From NCBI GenBank assembly GCA_018241645.1, contig JAFEDL010000062.1, positions 1,112 to 65,111 on the forward strand: 64,000 nucleotides of DNA, in the 5' to 3' direction. Position numbers and translations under genes: made by a program. Position 1 is the stretch's first letter. Every line of letters begins with the position of its first letter. Source of the stretch: Pseudomonadota bacterium. Lineage in GTDB: Bacteria > Pseudomonadota > Gammaproteobacteria > Burkholderiales > SG8-39. Below, piece after piece: positions 40,086-50,540 of the stretch. The notes under the pieces were generated by a model that was not told the origin of the DNA, ran no database searches, and worked only from the letters and a program-made list of their open reading frames with translations.

Positions 40086-40835
40086 TCAGGCCTTGGCCTT
40101 CCCCTGGCTGGAGACCGCGGCGACGCGCCGGGCCACCTCGTCCGGATCGCCCAGGTAGTAGTGGCGGACCGGCCTGAGTTCCCTGTCGAGCTCGTACACC
40201 AGCGGGATGCCCGTCGGGATGTTGAGGCCCACGATGTCGGCGTCGGACACGCCGTCCAGGTATTTCACCAGCGCGCGCAGGGAGTTGCCGTGCGCCGCGA
40301 CCACGACGCGCTTGCCCGACCGGATGGCCGGCGCGATCGACCCGTTCCAGTAAGGCATCACCCGCGCCACCGTGTCCTTCAGGCATTCGGTGAGCGGCAG
40401 TTCGGCGCCCGCCAGGCCGGCGTAGCGCGGATCTCCGCCGGGATAGCGAGGATCGGTCTTTTCCAGCGCGGGCGGGGGCGTGTCATAGCTCCTGCGCCAG
40501 ACGAGCACCTGCTGTTCGCCGAATTTCGCCGCCGTCTCCGCCTTGTTGAGCCCCTGCAGCGCGCCGTAGTGGCGCTCGTTCAGGCGCCAGCTGTGCTCGA
40601 CCGGGATCCACATGCGGTCCATCTCCTCGAGCGACAGCCACAGCGTCTTGATCGCCCGGCGCAGCACGGAGGTGAAGGCGAGGTCGAAGTCGTAGCCTTC
40701 GGCCTTCAGCAGGCGGCCCGCGGCGCGGGCCTCCTCGACGCCCTTGGCCGAGAGGTCCACGTCGGTCCATCCGGTGAACCGGTTTTCGCGGTTCCAGTCG
40801 GATTCACCGTGGCGGAGCAGGACGAGCTTGTGCAT
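40086..40835 (-). CDS. gpmA: 2,3-bisphosphoglycerate-dependent phosphoglycerate mutase
   Basis: [29 protein letters not shown]...[10 protein letters not shown]. Confidence 0.97.
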   Translation of the reverse strand: MHKLVLLRHGESDWNRENRFTGWTDVDLSAKGVEEARAAGRLLKAEGYDFDLAFTSVLRRAIKTLWLSLEEMDRMWIPVEHSWRLNERHYGALQGLNKAETAAKFGEQQVLVWRRSYDTPPPALEKTDPRYPGGDPRYAGLAGAELPLTECLKDTVARVMPYWNGSIAPAIRSGKRVVVAAHGNSLRALVKYLDGVSDADIVGLNIPTGIPLVYELDRELRPVRHYYLGDPDEVARRVAAVSSQGKAKA

Positions 40836-40959
40836 GGTCTGGGGGCGCCGGGCGCAGCGCGAAGGGGCAGGTTGGCCGGAGCGGCCTATTCTATAATACG
40901 GCCCCGGAACATTTGTTCCAGTTCACCCTGCAGGCACCTTGGACTCCTTTCCGATTCCC

Positions 40960-41367
40960 GTGGAATTCATCAAGAACAACCTCATGCTCATCGCGGTCGC
41001 GGCCGTTTCCGGCGCGATGCTGGTGTGGCCCTACCTGCGCCGCAGTTCCGGCGGCCCCTGGGTCAGCACGCTCGAGGCGACCCAGCTGATCAACCGCGAA
41101 GACGCGCTGGTGCTCGACGTGCGCGAGCCGGCCGAGTTCGCCGCCGGCCACATGCCCGGCGCGAAGAACCTCCCGCTCGGCAGCATCGAAGCCCGCGCCG
41201 GGGAGTTCGACAAGCACAAGGCGAGGCCCGTGATCGTGATGTGCGAGACCGGCAACCGCTCGTCGAAGGCGGCCGGCGTCCTGCGCGCGCGCGGGTTCGC
41301 GAACGTGGTCAACCTTTCCGGCGGTTTCCCGGCCTGGCAGCAGGCGGGGCTGCCCGTGGCCAAGTAG
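40960..41367 (+). CDS. membrane-anchored rhodanese-like sulfurtransferase (YibN-like)
   Basis: The ORF opens at TTG 40939. GTG 40960 is preferred by analogy with YibN N-termini, so the start is uncertain. LDVREPAEFAAGHMPGAKNLP...VMCETGNRS is the active-site loop. Confidence 0.85.
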   Translation: MEFIKNNLMLIAVAAVSGAMLVWPYLRRSSGGPWVSTLEATQLINREDALVLDVREPAEFAAGHMPGAKNLPLGSIEARAGEFDKHKARPVIVMCETGNRSSKAAGVLRARGFANVVNLSGGFPAWQQAGLPVAK

Positions 41368-41369
41368 CC

Positions 41370-41630
41370 ATGGCGCGCGTCCTCATGTACTGCACGGCGA
41401 CCTGCCCCTACTGCATCGCCGCCGAGCAACTGCTCAGCTCCAAGGGCGTGCGCACGATCGACAAGGTGCGCGTCGACCTCGAACCGCAGCGCCGCGCCGA
41501 GATGGCCAGGAAGACCGGGCGGACCTCCGTGCCGCAGATCTGGATCGGCGACACCTACGTCGGCGGCTGCGACGACCTCCATGCGCTCGACGGCGCCGGC
41601 AAGCTCGATCCCCTGCTGGCGCGCGCCTGA
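41370..41630 (+). CDS. grxC: glutaredoxin 3
   Basis: MARVLMYCTATCPYCIAAEQLL...SVPQIWIGDTYVGGCDDL. 86 aa, embedded in the artefactual long ORF 39759..41630. Confidence 0.95.
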   Translation: MARVLMYCTATCPYCIAAEQLLSSKGVRTIDKVRVDLEPQRRAEMARKTGRTSVPQIWIGDTYVGGCDDLHALDGAGKLDPLLARA

Positions 41631-41662
41631 GCGCGCACCGAACCCAACCAAAGAGAACCGCC

Positions 41663-42121
41663 ATGGCCGAACAGCAAGCCTCCTTCAACATCGAGAAGGT
41701 CTACGTGAAGGACCTCTCGCTCGAGGTCCCGAACGCCCCGCAGGTGTTCATGCAGGCCGACTCGCCCCAGCTCGACGTGCAGGTGCACACCGCGGCCCAG
41801 CACTTCAGCGACGCACTGTATGAAGTGGTCGTCACGGTGACCGTGACCGCCAAGTCCGGCGACAAGACCATGTTCCTCGCCGAGGTCGAGCAGGCCGGCA
41901 TCTTCACGATCGCCAACGTCCCGGCGGAGGAGCTCGATCCGCTGCTGGGCATCGGCTGCCCGACGATCCTGTACCCGTATGCGCGCGAGGTGGTGTCGGA
42001 CGTGGTCACGCGCGCGGGATTCCCGCCGGTCCTGCTCGCGCCGATCTCGTTCGAGGCGCTCTACATGCAGCGCCAGCAGCAGGGCGCGGCCGGCGAGCCC
42101 CGGATCGAGATCGCGCACTAG
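41663..42121 (+). CDS. secB: protein-export chaperone SecB
   Basis: FNIEKVYVKDLSLEVPNAP...ILYPYAREVVSDVVTRAGFPPVLLAPISFEALY. Confidence 0.96.
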   Translation: MAEQQASFNIEKVYVKDLSLEVPNAPQVFMQADSPQLDVQVHTAAQHFSDALYEVVVTVTVTAKSGDKTMFLAEVEQAGIFTIANVPAEELDPLLGIGCPTILYPYAREVVSDVVTRAGFPPVLLAPISFEALYMQRQQQGAAGEPRIEIAH

Positions 42122-42123
42122 CC

Positions 42124-42558
42124 ATGCGCGCGGCCCTGGCAGCGGCGATGCTCTCGTGCGCCGCGCTGGCGCAGGCGGCGGATTTCCGCTCCGTGGCCGA
42201 GGGCGCCGCGGTCATGTACGACGCGCCGTCGAAAGCCGCGACCCCGGTCTACGTCGCTTCGCGCTTCTATCCGGTGGAGGTGATCGTCAACCTCGATGCG
42301 TGGGTCAAGGTCCGCGACCACACCGGGGCGCTCTCCTGGGTCGAGAAGAAGTCGCTGTCCGAGCGGCGCATGGTGATCGTCACGGCGCCGAACGTCGAGG
42401 TGAAGAGCCGCGCGGAAGATTCCGCCCCCGCGGCGTTCCAGGCGACGCAGAACGTGGCGCTCGAACTGGTGGAGATCGCGCCGGGCGGCTGGGCGCGGGT
42501 GCGCCACGCCGACGGCTCGGCCGGTTTCGTGAAGGCCTCGCTCGTCTGGGGCCTGTAG
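42124..42558 (+). CDS. secreted SH3-like domain protein
   Basis: Signal peptide [18 protein letters not shown], then two SH3-like repeats (AVMYDAPS...WVKVRDHTG; EVKSRAED...[14 protein letters not shown]). Confidence 0.65.
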   Translation: MRAALAAAMLSCAALAQAADFRSVAEGAAVMYDAPSKAATPVYVASRFYPVEVIVNLDAWVKVRDHTGALSWVEKKSLSERRMVIVTAPNVEVKSRAEDSAPAAFQATQNVALELVEIAPGGWARVRHADGSAGFVKASLVWGL

Positions 42559-42571
42559 CCGCGCCGTACGG

Positions 42572-43561
42572 ATGAAGATCGCGATCCTCGGCGCGGGCGC
42601 CTGGGGCACGGCCCTCGGCATCGCGCTCGCCGGCCGGCATCCGACCGTGCTGTGGGCGAGGGACGCGGCGCAGGCCGCGGCCCTCGCGTCGACCCGGCGC
42701 AACCAGAAATACCTGCCCGAAGCGGTGCTGCCGGAAGCCCTCGCGGTCACAGCGGATTTCGACGCGGCGCTCGCGCACGCCGAGCTGGCTGTCATCGGCA
42801 CGCCGGCAGCAGGTTTGCGGCCGCTGGCGGAGGACCTGCAGGCGCGGGGCGACCCCCTCCCGTTCATCTGGCTGTGCAAGGGATTCGAGGCGGGCACGGG
42901 CTTGCTGCCCCACCAGGTGGTCGAGTCGGTGTTCGGCGCGGCGGCGCCTGCATGCGGCGCGCTGTCCGGTCCGTCCTTTGCGATCGAAGTCGCGCGCGGG
43001 CTGCCGTGTGCGCTCACGCTGGCGTCCCGCGACGCGGAGTTCGCGCGCTCGACTGCTGCGGCCCTGCACGGCGGCCACATGCGGGTCTACTACACGACCG
43101 ACCTGGTGGGCGTCGAGGTGGGCGGCGCGGTGAAGAACGTGCTCGCGATCGCCGTGGGGATCTCCGACGGCATGGGCCTGGGCCAGAATGCGCGCGCGGC
43201 GCTCGTCACCCGGGGCCTCGCGGAAATCCAGCGCCTGGGGGTGGCGCTGGGCGGAAGCGCGGAGACCATCATGGGCCTCACCGGCGCCGGCGACCTGATC
43301 CTCACCTCGACCGGGTCGCTGTCGCGCAACCGCACCGTCGGGCTCGAGCTTGCGAAGGGCCGGCCGCTCGAGGCCATCCTCGGCTCGCTCGGCCATGTGG
43401 CCGAAGGCGTGCGCTCGGCGCGCGAGGTGCTTGCGCTTGCCGAGCGCGCCCGCGTCGAGATGCCGATCACCCGCGCGGTGAACGCCGTGCTGGCCGGCAC
43501 GGCCTCGCCACAGGCGGCGCTGGAAATGCTGCTGTCGCGCGACCCGAAAAGCGAAGGCTAG
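42572..43561 (+). CDS. gpsA: NAD(P)H-dependent glycerol-3-phosphate dehydrogenase
   Basis: [20 protein letters not shown]...KGFE...[14 protein letters not shown]. Confidence 0.96.
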   Translation: MKIAILGAGAWGTALGIALAGRHPTVLWARDAAQAAALASTRRNQKYLPEAVLPEALAVTADFDAALAHAELAVIGTPAAGLRPLAEDLQARGDPLPFIWLCKGFEAGTGLLPHQVVESVFGAAAPACGALSGPSFAIEVARGLPCALTLASRDAEFARSTAAALHGGHMRVYYTTDLVGVEVGGAVKNVLAIAVGISDGMGLGQNARAALVTRGLAEIQRLGVALGGSAETIMGLTGAGDLILTSTGSLSRNRTVGLELAKGRPLEAILGSLGHVAEGVRSAREVLALAERARVEMPITRAVNAVLAGTASPQAALEMLLSRDPKSEG

Positions 43562-43570
43562 CCCGGGGGC

Positions 43571-44035
43571 TCAGCCAGCCCCTGCGAACCCCGTCTGGCG
43601 CCAGGCTTCGAAGACCGTCACGGCCACCGCGTTCGACAGGTTCAGGCTGCGGTTGCCCGGGCGCATCGGCAGCCTGAGGCGGCGTCCCGCCGGGATGCTT
43701 TCCAGGATCTCGTCGGGAAGCCCGCGCGTCTCCTGGCCGAACAGGAACGCGTCTCCCGCAGCATAGGCAGGCTCGGTGTGCCTGGTGGTCGCCTTGGTCG
43801 TGCAGGCAAACAGGCGCGCACCGGCCAGCGCTTCGAGGCAGGATGGCCAGTCCGGGTGTACGCGCATGTCCGCGTACTCGTGGTAGTCCAGCCCGGCGCG
43901 CCGCAGCTGCCGGTCCTCGATCGAGAACCCGAGCGGTTCCACGAGGTGCAGCTGCGCGCCGGTATTGGCCGCCAGGCGGATGACGTTGCCCGTGTTGGGC
44001 GGGATCTCGGGGCGGTAGAGAACGATGTGGAACAC
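43571..44035 (-). CDS. trmL: tRNA (cytidine/uridine(34)-2'-O)-methyltransferase TrmL
   Basis: MFHIVLYRPEIPPNTGNVIRLAANTGAQLHLV...SLNLSNAVAV (SPOUT fold). Confidence 0.93.
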   Translation of the reverse strand: MFHIVLYRPEIPPNTGNVIRLAANTGAQLHLVEPLGFSIEDRQLRRAGLDYHEYADMRVHPDWPSCLEALAGARLFACTTKATTRHTEPAYAAGDAFLFGQETRGLPDEILESIPAGRRLRLPMRPGNRSLNLSNAVAVTVFEAWRQTGFAGAG

Positions 44036-44050
44036 GCGACGTCCTGTGGT

Positions 44051-44740
44051 TCAGTCGAGGGTGCGGGCGACCACCCAGTTCACCACCCGCGTGGCGCCGA
44101 ACCGTTTGAGGGTCGCGGCCACTTCGCCCAGCGTTGCGCCGGTGGTCATCACGTCGTCGACCACCGCGACGCGCCTGCCGTCCAGCGCCCGCCGGCAGCT
44201 GAAGGCGCCGCGCACGTTCTCGCGGCGCTCCTTCAACGGCAGCCCGAGCTGCGCCGGCGTGTCGCGCACCCGTTCACATACGTCGGCTGCGACCGGGAGT
44301 CCGAATCGGGCGCCGACGCTGCGTGCGATTTCCATCGACTGGTTGTATCCCCGCTCCCTGAGGCGCAGGGCGTGCAGCGGCACCGGGATGACCAGGTCGA
44401 CGCCGCCCGCGGCCGGCAATTCGTCTGCGAGGAACGGCGCCAGCGCCAGTTCGCCGCGGAATTTGAGGCCCTGGACGAGCACGTCCGCCGGGAACGCGTA
44501 TGCGAATACTGCCAGCGTGGCATCGAAGCCCGGCGGATCGCCGATGCAACGCCCGCACTCCGCGCCGCCCGCTGTCGGCAACGCGCAGCGCGGACAGCGC
44601 TCGCGCGGCAGGCGCGGCAGGTCGCCCGCGCAAGGCGGGCACAGGACGCCGCGGCTTGCCCCGCGGCACAGGTAGCAGGTGCCGCCGAACAGCCGCCCGG
44701 CCAGGGAGGCAACTGCGCTTGACCACGGAATCGTTCGCAT
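44051..44740 (-). CDS. comF: ComF family protein (phosphoribosyltransferase-like)
   Basis: N-terminal Cys-rich CYLC...CPPC...CPRC...CGRC, and C-terminal VAVVDDVMTTGATL PRTase motif. Confidence 0.88.
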   Translation of the reverse strand: MRTIPWSSAVASLAGRLFGGTCYLCRGASRGVLCPPCAGDLPRLPRERCPRCALPTAGGAECGRCIGDPPGFDATLAVFAYAFPADVLVQGLKFRGELALAPFLADELPAAGGVDLVIPVPLHALRLRERGYNQSMEIARSVGARFGLPVAADVCERVRDTPAQLGLPLKERRENVRGAFSCRRALDGRRVAVVDDVMTTGATLGEVAATLKRFGATRVVNWVVARTLD

Positions 44741-44827
44741 CGCGAACGATTATGCGGCAAGCCGCCCCGTATTGTTGACGCGGCGGCGGCGCGCGCCGCA
44801 GAATCGGCGCCTTTCCCCAGAATCCGG

Positions 44828-46204
44828 ATGGACGAAGACATGTGGACTGTCGCAACGCTCGGCACCGAACTCGCCGCAGGCAAGGTCACGAGCCGCGCGC
44901 TGGTGGAACAGGCACTGGGCCGCATCGCCGATCCCGCCGGCGAGGGGACGCGCGCCTTCCTGAAGACCTACGCCGAGACCGCGCTCGCCGAGGCGGACCA
45001 TTCCGACCGGCTGCGCCGCGCGGGCATCGTGCGCTCGCCGGTGGAGGGTATCCCGATCTCGCTGAAGGACCTCTACGACGTGGCGGGTGACGTGACCCGT
45101 GCCGGCTCCAAGGTGCGCGACGATGCGCCCCCCGCTGTCGCGGACGCGCCGGCGGTGGCGCGGTTGCGCGCCGCGGGCGCCGTGATCGTCGGCCGCACCA
45201 ACATGGTGGAGTTCGCGTTCGGCGGGGTGGGCCTCAACCCCCACTATGGGACGCCGCGGAACCCCTATGACCGGAAGACCGGGCGGGTGCCCGGCGGCTC
45301 TTCGTCCGGCGCCGCAGTCGCGGTGGCCGACGGCATGTGCGCAATGGGCCTCGGTTCGGACACGCGCGGGTCGGTGCGCCTGCCGGCGGCGCTTTGCGGC
45401 GTGACGGGGTTCAAGCCCACCGCGAGCCGCATTCCGCGGGAGGGCGCATTCCCGCTGTCCTGGACCCTGGATTCGGTCGGCCCGCTGGCCAACACGGTGG
45501 ATTGCTGCGCCACATACGACGCGATTCTCGCGGGCAGCGCCCCCGATCCCCTGCCTGCGCTTGCCGTGAAGGGCCTGCGCCTGATGGTGCCGAAGTGCAA
45601 CCTGCTCGACGAGCTCGACCCGCAAGTGGCGAAGGCGTTCGAGCGTGCGCTGTCCACGCTCTCCAAGGCGGGCGCCTTGGTCGCCGAAGTGGACGCCCCC
45701 GCGTTCACGCAGTCCCTCGAGTTGTACAAGAACGGCGGCTTCGCCGGCGCCGAGGCCTACCTGATCCACCGCAAGCTGCTCGAAACGCGCGCAGCAGGGT
45801 ACGACCCGCGGGTATCGAAGCGGGTGGTGCTCGCAAAGGACTTCTCGGCGGCCGATTACATCCAGCTCGGGTTCGACCGGGCCGCGTTCATCCGCGCGGC
45901 CGAGGCCCTGGGTGCGCCGTACGACGCAATGCTGTATCCCACGGTCGCCGCAGTAGCGCCGACCATAGAGGAAGCCGGCAGGGCCGACGACGACTACTTC
46001 CGCTGGAACATGCGCCTGCTGAGGAACACCGGCCTCGGGAACATCCTCGACGGCTGCGGCGCGACCCTGCCCTGCCAGGCGCCGGGCGAGGCGCCGGTGG
46101 GCCTGTCGGTGGCCGGGTTCTCGGGCACCGACCGCCGCGTACTGGCCGTGGCCCGCGCCATCGAGGGCGCGCTCGGGCCGCACACCGGCCGCGCCGCGCG
46201 ATAG
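44828..46204 (+). CDS. amidase (amidase-signature family)
   Basis: GIPISLKDL...GGSSSGAAVAVADGMCAMGLGSDTRGSVRLPAALCG (AS signature with the Ser-cisSer-Lys context). Confidence 0.9.
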   Translation: MDEDMWTVATLGTELAAGKVTSRALVEQALGRIADPAGEGTRAFLKTYAETALAEADHSDRLRRAGIVRSPVEGIPISLKDLYDVAGDVTRAGSKVRDDAPPAVADAPAVARLRAAGAVIVGRTNMVEFAFGGVGLNPHYGTPRNPYDRKTGRVPGGSSSGAAVAVADGMCAMGLGSDTRGSVRLPAALCGVTGFKPTASRIPREGAFPLSWTLDSVGPLANTVDCCATYDAILAGSAPDPLPALAVKGLRLMVPKCNLLDELDPQVAKAFERALSTLSKAGALVAEVDAPAFTQSLELYKNGGFAGAEAYLIHRKLLETRAAGYDPRVSKRVVLAKDFSAADYIQLGFDRAAFIRAAEALGAPYDAMLYPTVAAVAPTIEEAGRADDDYFRWNMRLLRNTGLGNILDGCGATLPCQAPGEAPVGLSVAGFSGTDRRVLAVARAIEGALGPHTGRAAR

Positions 46205-46347
46205 CCCTTCCACCCGCACCGGCCCCGCCGATTTCCGCGCCGCCTCCCGCCTACGCGATCGACCCGCGCCGCGCCCGTCGCAAGGCCGACGCAGCGGCGG
46301 GGAGCTACGCGGGCGCCGCGCGGCTGGAGCACGAGGTCGGCCTGCGG

Positions 46348-47115
46348 ATGCTCGAGCGGCTCGATTACGTGAAGCTCGCGCCGCGCAGGATCCTCGATGC
46401 GGGTTCGGGACCCTCCCCGCAGGCGGCGGAACTGCTGAAGCGCTACGGCGCTGCCGAACTCGTGGCGCTCGATTTCTCCCTGCCTATGCTGCAGGCCCTG
46501 CCCCGTCCGGGGTGGCTGGGTCGGCTGGCGGGCAGGCGAGCGCCGGTTCCCGTATGCGCCGATCTCGGACGCATCCCGCTCGCGTCGCGCTCGTGCGCCC
46601 TGGTCTGGTCGAACATGGCGCTGCACTGGGCGGCGGACCCGCAGCTGGCGATCGGGGAGTTCCAGCGGGTGCTCGAAGTCGAAGGGCTGCTCATGTTCAG
46701 CACAGTCGGCCCGGACACGCTGAAGGAATTGCGCGCCGCGTTCCCGGGCGCGGGCGGGGCGCCCCACGTGCACGGTTTCATCGACATGCACGACCTGGGC
46801 GACATGCTCGTCGCCGCGGGCTTCGCCGCCCCCGTGATGGATACGGAAACGATCACGCTCACTTACGAGTCGGTCGATGCGATGGTCGCGGACCTGCGTG
46901 CCACCGGGCAGACCTGCGCGCTCGGCGGCCGCGCGCGCGGGTTGCTCGGCAGGGGGCGCTGGAAGCTTGCGCGCGCAGCACTTGAGCGCGGGCTGCGCGA
47001 GGGCCGGCTGCCGGCGACGATCGAGGTCGTGTACGGGCACGCGTGGAAGCCGGCGCCGCGCCGGACGCCGGAAGGCCATGCGATCGTAAACCTCGGCCCG
47101 GTCCGCAAAAGATGA
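46348..47115 (+). CDS. bioC: malonyl-ACP O-methyltransferase BioC-like class I SAM methyltransferase; minimal call from the first canonical start, with the conserved N-terminus extending upstream
   Basis: MLERLDYVKLAPRRILDAGSGPS...VWSNMALHWA...ATIEVVYGHAWK. The in-frame upstream residues AIDPRRARRKADAAAGSYAGAARLEHEVGLR look like the conserved BioC N-terminus, but no ATG, GTG or TTG is available there. Confidence 0.75.
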   Translation: MLERLDYVKLAPRRILDAGSGPSPQAAELLKRYGAAELVALDFSLPMLQALPRPGWLGRLAGRRAPVPVCADLGRIPLASRSCALVWSNMALHWAADPQLAIGEFQRVLEVEGLLMFSTVGPDTLKELRAAFPGAGGAPHVHGFIDMHDLGDMLVAAGFAAPVMDTETITLTYESVDAMVADLRATGQTCALGGRARGLLGRGRWKLARAALERGLREGRLPATIEVVYGHAWKPAPRRTPEGHAIVNLGPVRKR

Positions 47116-47235
47116 AACCGATTCCGGAAAACACTTCTAAATACGCGGCTTTATCTCGGGTTCCGAACTTGTTTGGTCCGGGGGTCTGTGGTAACTTACG
47201 CGGGCTTTTTTTGCGGTGTCCGCCACGACGCTTCC

Positions 47236-47730
47236 ATGAAAGGTTGGATCCAGGAGCTGCCCCGCCAGGAATTTGCGTTCCAGGGCCGGGGGCCGGGATT
47301 CAGCCTTCTCCTCAAGCGCAACTGCTCGATTTCCCCGGCCGGCCTCATGTGGGCCTACGGAGCGATTGCGGCAGTCACGCTCGGGGTCGCGGCGGCGTTC
47401 GCGGTGTTGGGGGCGTGGATGGTCTTGCCGTTTGCCGGGATCGAGGTGGTCGCGCTGGGCATCGCGTTTGCAATGAACGGCAGGCATGCCGCCGACTACG
47501 AGCGCATCCAGCTCGCCGGGGGCAGGTTGCTGGTGGAAGTGTGTGAATCGGATTCGGTCCGCCGCCACGAGTTCAATCCGGCTCGGGCGAGCGTGATGGT
47601 GGCAGGCGCGGGGCACGGCATGCGGATCATGCTGGAGTCGCCGGGCCGCAGCCTGGAGATCGGCCGGCACCTGCATGAGCGGGCGCGGCTCGAGCTGGCG
47701 GGCGAGCTGAACAGAAGATTACGGAACTAG
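47236..47730 (+). CDS. DUF2244 domain-containing membrane protein (cytochrome oxidase cluster-associated)
   Basis: ORF 47173..47730 trimmed to ATG 47236. Two TM segments followed by LLVEV...HEFNPARASV. Position immediately upstream of coxB. Confidence 0.7.
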   Translation: MKGWIQELPRQEFAFQGRGPGFSLLLKRNCSISPAGLMWAYGAIAAVTLGVAAAFAVLGAWMVLPFAGIEVVALGIAFAMNGRHAADYERIQLAGGRLLVEVCESDSVRRHEFNPARASVMVAGAGHGMRIMLESPGRSLEIGRHLHERARLELAGELNRRLRN

Positions 47731-47741
47731 GAGTCGAAAGG

Positions 47742-48890
47742 GTGAGCATGCAACAGGTCTCTGCACGAAAGATGGGACGTTGGGCGCTGGCGGCAGGGTT
47801 GCTCGCGCTCGCAGCGGCAGGCAGCGCGCACGCGCTGGAATGGAACCTGCAGCCGGCGGCGACCAAGATCGCCGAAGACATCCACAGCCTGCACGAATAC
47901 GTCATGGCGCTGATCGTGGTGATCTTCTTCGGCGTATTCGGAGTGATGTTCTATTCGATCTTTGCGCACCGCAAGTCGAACGGGCACAAGGCGGCGAATT
48001 TCCACGAGAACACCACCGTCGAAATCGTCTGGACGGTGATCCCGCTGCTGATCCTGATCGGCATCGCCTGGCCGGTCACCAAGACCGTCATCGCGCAAAA
48101 GGACACGTCCAACTCGGACATGACCATCAAGGTCACCGGGTACCAGTGGAAATGGGGCTACGACTACATCAAGGGCGAAGGCGAGGGCATCAGCTTCGTC
48201 TCCCAGCTCGCCACCCCCCGCGACCAGATCGAAGGCCGGGCGGCAAAGGGCGAGCACTACCTGCTCGAGGTGGACAACGAGGTGGTGGTGCCGGTGGGCA
48301 AGAAGGTGCGCATCCTGACGACGGCGGCCGACGTGATCCACTCCTGGGGGCTTAACGCATTCGGCGTGAAGCAGGACGCGATTCCCGGATTCGTCCGCGA
48401 CACGCATTTCACCGCCACCAAGATCGGCACCTACCGCGGGCAGTGCGTGGAGCTGTGCGGCAAGGAGCACGGGTTCATGCCGATCGTGGTGCGGGTGGTG
48501 AGCGCCGAGGACTACACCAAGTGGGTGGACGGCGAGAAGAAGAAGATGGCCGCCCTCGCCGACGACCCGACCAAGACCTACACCCTCGACGAGCTGAAGG
48601 CGCGCGGGGAAAAGACCTACACCGCCAACTGCGTCGCCTGCCACCAGGCCACCGGCAAGGGCATGCCGCCGGCATTCCCGCCGCTGGACGGGTCGAAGAT
48701 CGCGCTGGGCCCGAAGGATGCCCATATCCTGCAGGTGCTCAACGGCAAGGCGGGCACCGCGATGGCTGCATTCGGCAAGCAGCTGAACGACACCGAGATC
48801 GCGGCGGTCGTCACGTACGAACGCAATTCGTGGGGCAACAAGACCGGCGAGGCGATCCAGCCCGCCGAGGTCAAGGCCCTGCGCAAGTAA
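47742..48890 (+). CDS. coxB: cytochrome c oxidase subunit II with C-terminal cytochrome c domain
   Basis: GTG 47742 (AGGAG 8 nt upstream). CuA site HSWGLNAFGVK...GQCVELCGKEHGFM, and heme-c motif CVACH. Confidence 0.95.
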   Translation: MSMQQVSARKMGRWALAAGLLALAAAGSAHALEWNLQPAATKIAEDIHSLHEYVMALIVVIFFGVFGVMFYSIFAHRKSNGHKAANFHENTTVEIVWTVIPLLILIGIAWPVTKTVIAQKDTSNSDMTIKVTGYQWKWGYDYIKGEGEGISFVSQLATPRDQIEGRAAKGEHYLLEVDNEVVVPVGKKVRILTTAADVIHSWGLNAFGVKQDAIPGFVRDTHFTATKIGTYRGQCVELCGKEHGFMPIVVRVVSAEDYTKWVDGEKKKMAALADDPTKTYTLDELKARGEKTYTANCVACHQATGKGMPPAFPPLDGSKIALGPKDAHILQVLNGKAGTAMAAFGKQLNDTEIAAVVTYERNSWGNKTGEAIQPAEVKALRK

Positions 48891-48912
48891 CGGATATATT
48901 CAGGAGACCCCA

Positions 48913-50508
48913 ATGAGCGCAGTCCTCGACGACCACGGCCACGATCACGGTCACGACGATCACCACCACGGATACAGCGGGATCATGCGCTGGATCACGA
49001 CCACCAACCACAAGGACATCGGCACGCTGTACCTGTGGTTCAGCTTCACGATGTTCATGGTCGGCGGGGTGATGGCGCTGGTGATCCGCGCCGAGCTTTT
49101 CACCCCCGGGCTGCAGATCGTAAATCCGGACTTCTTCAACCAGATGACCACGATGCACGGGCTCATCATGGTGTTCGGCGCGATCATGCCGGCGTTCGTC
49201 GGCTTCGCGAACTGGCTGATCCCGATGCAGATCGGCGCGCCCGACATGGCGTTCGCGCGCATGAACAACTGGAGCTTCTGGCTGCTGCCGTTCGCCGGCG
49301 CGCTGCTGATCATCTCGTTCTTCATGCCGGGTGGCGCGCCCGGGGTCGGCTGGACGATGTATGCCCCGCTGACCGTGCAGATGGGCATCGGCATGGACTT
49401 CACGATCTTCGCGATCCACATCCTCGGGATGTCGTCGATCATGGGCTCGATCAACATCGTGACCACGGTCCTCAACATGCGCGCACCGGGCATGACCCTC
49501 ATGAAGATGCCGCTGTTCTGCTGGACCTGGCTGATCACGGCCTACCTGCTGATCGCATCGATGCCGGTGCTGGCCGGGGCGGTCACCATGACCCTGACCG
49601 ACCGCCACTTCGGCACCTCGTTCTTCAACGCCGCGGGCGGCGGGGACCCGGTCCTCTACCAGCACATCTTCTGGTTCTTCGGCCATCCCGAGGTGTACAT
49701 CATCATCCTGCCGGCGTTCGGCGTGATCTCGCAGATCATCCCCGCCTTCTCGAGGAAGCCCCTGTTCGGCTACGCCTCGATGGTCTATGCGACCGCCTCG
49801 ATCGCGATCCTCTCGTTCATCGTCTGGGCCCACCACATGTACACCGTGGGCATGCCGGTCACCGGCCAGCTGTTCTTCATGTACGCGACCACGCTGATCG
49901 CCGTCCCGACGGCGGCCAAGATGTTCAACTGGCTGGCGACGATGTGGCGCGGCTCGCTCACGTTCGAGACGCCGATGCTGTTCGCGCTGGGCTTCCTGTT
50001 CCTGTTCGCGATTGGCGGATTCTCGGGCCTGGTGCTCGCTCTCGCGGCGGTAGACATCCAGTTGCAGGACACGTATTACGTCGTGGCGCACTTCCACTAC
50101 GTGATGGTCGCGGGCGCGCTGTTCACGGCGTTCGCCGGGATCTACTTCTGGCTGCCGAAGTGGACCGGCAGGATGTACAACGAAACCCTGGGCAAGGTCC
50201 ATTTCTGGCTGTCGATGATCTTCTTCAACATGATCTTCTTCGTGCAGCACTTCCTGGGCCTCGCGGGCATGCCGCGGCGCATCCCGGACTACCCGCTGCA
50301 GTTCGAGACCTGGAACAAGATCTCCTCGATCGGCGCGTTCGGGTTCGGCCTGAGCCAGCTGCTGTTCCTGTACATCGTCGTGAAGGCGATCACGAGCGGC
50401 GAGAAGGCCGCCGACAAGCAGTGGGAAGGCGCCGATTCGCTCGAGTGGACCCACCTCCCGAGCCCGGCCCCCTACCACTCGTTCGAGACCCCGCCGGTCG
50501 TCAAGTGA
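48913..50508 (+). CDS. ctaD: cytochrome c oxidase subunit I
   Basis: TTNHKDIGTLYLWF...WFFGHPEVYIIILP...HHMYTVG...VAHFHYV. Confidence 0.98.
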   Translation: MSAVLDDHGHDHGHDDHHHGYSGIMRWITTTNHKDIGTLYLWFSFTMFMVGGVMALVIRAELFTPGLQIVNPDFFNQMTTMHGLIMVFGAIMPAFVGFANWLIPMQIGAPDMAFARMNNWSFWLLPFAGALLIISFFMPGGAPGVGWTMYAPLTVQMGIGMDFTIFAIHILGMSSIMGSINIVTTVLNMRAPGMTLMKMPLFCWTWLITAYLLIASMPVLAGAVTMTLTDRHFGTSFFNAAGGGDPVLYQHIFWFFGHPEVYIIILPAFGVISQIIPAFSRKPLFGYASMVYATASIAILSFIVWAHHMYTVGMPVTGQLFFMYATTLIAVPTAAKMFNWLATMWRGSLTFETPMLFALGFLFLFAIGGFSGLVLALAAVDIQLQDTYYVVAHFHYVMVAGALFTAFAGIYFWLPKWTGRMYNETLGKVHFWLSMIFFNMIFFVQHFLGLAGMPRRIPDYPLQFETWNKISSIGAFGFGLSQLLFLYIVVKAITSGEKAADKQWEGADSLEWTHLPSPAPYHSFETPPVVK

Positions 50509-50540
50509 CGGCCAGGGCAATCGATGGGACGGTCGCAGCA

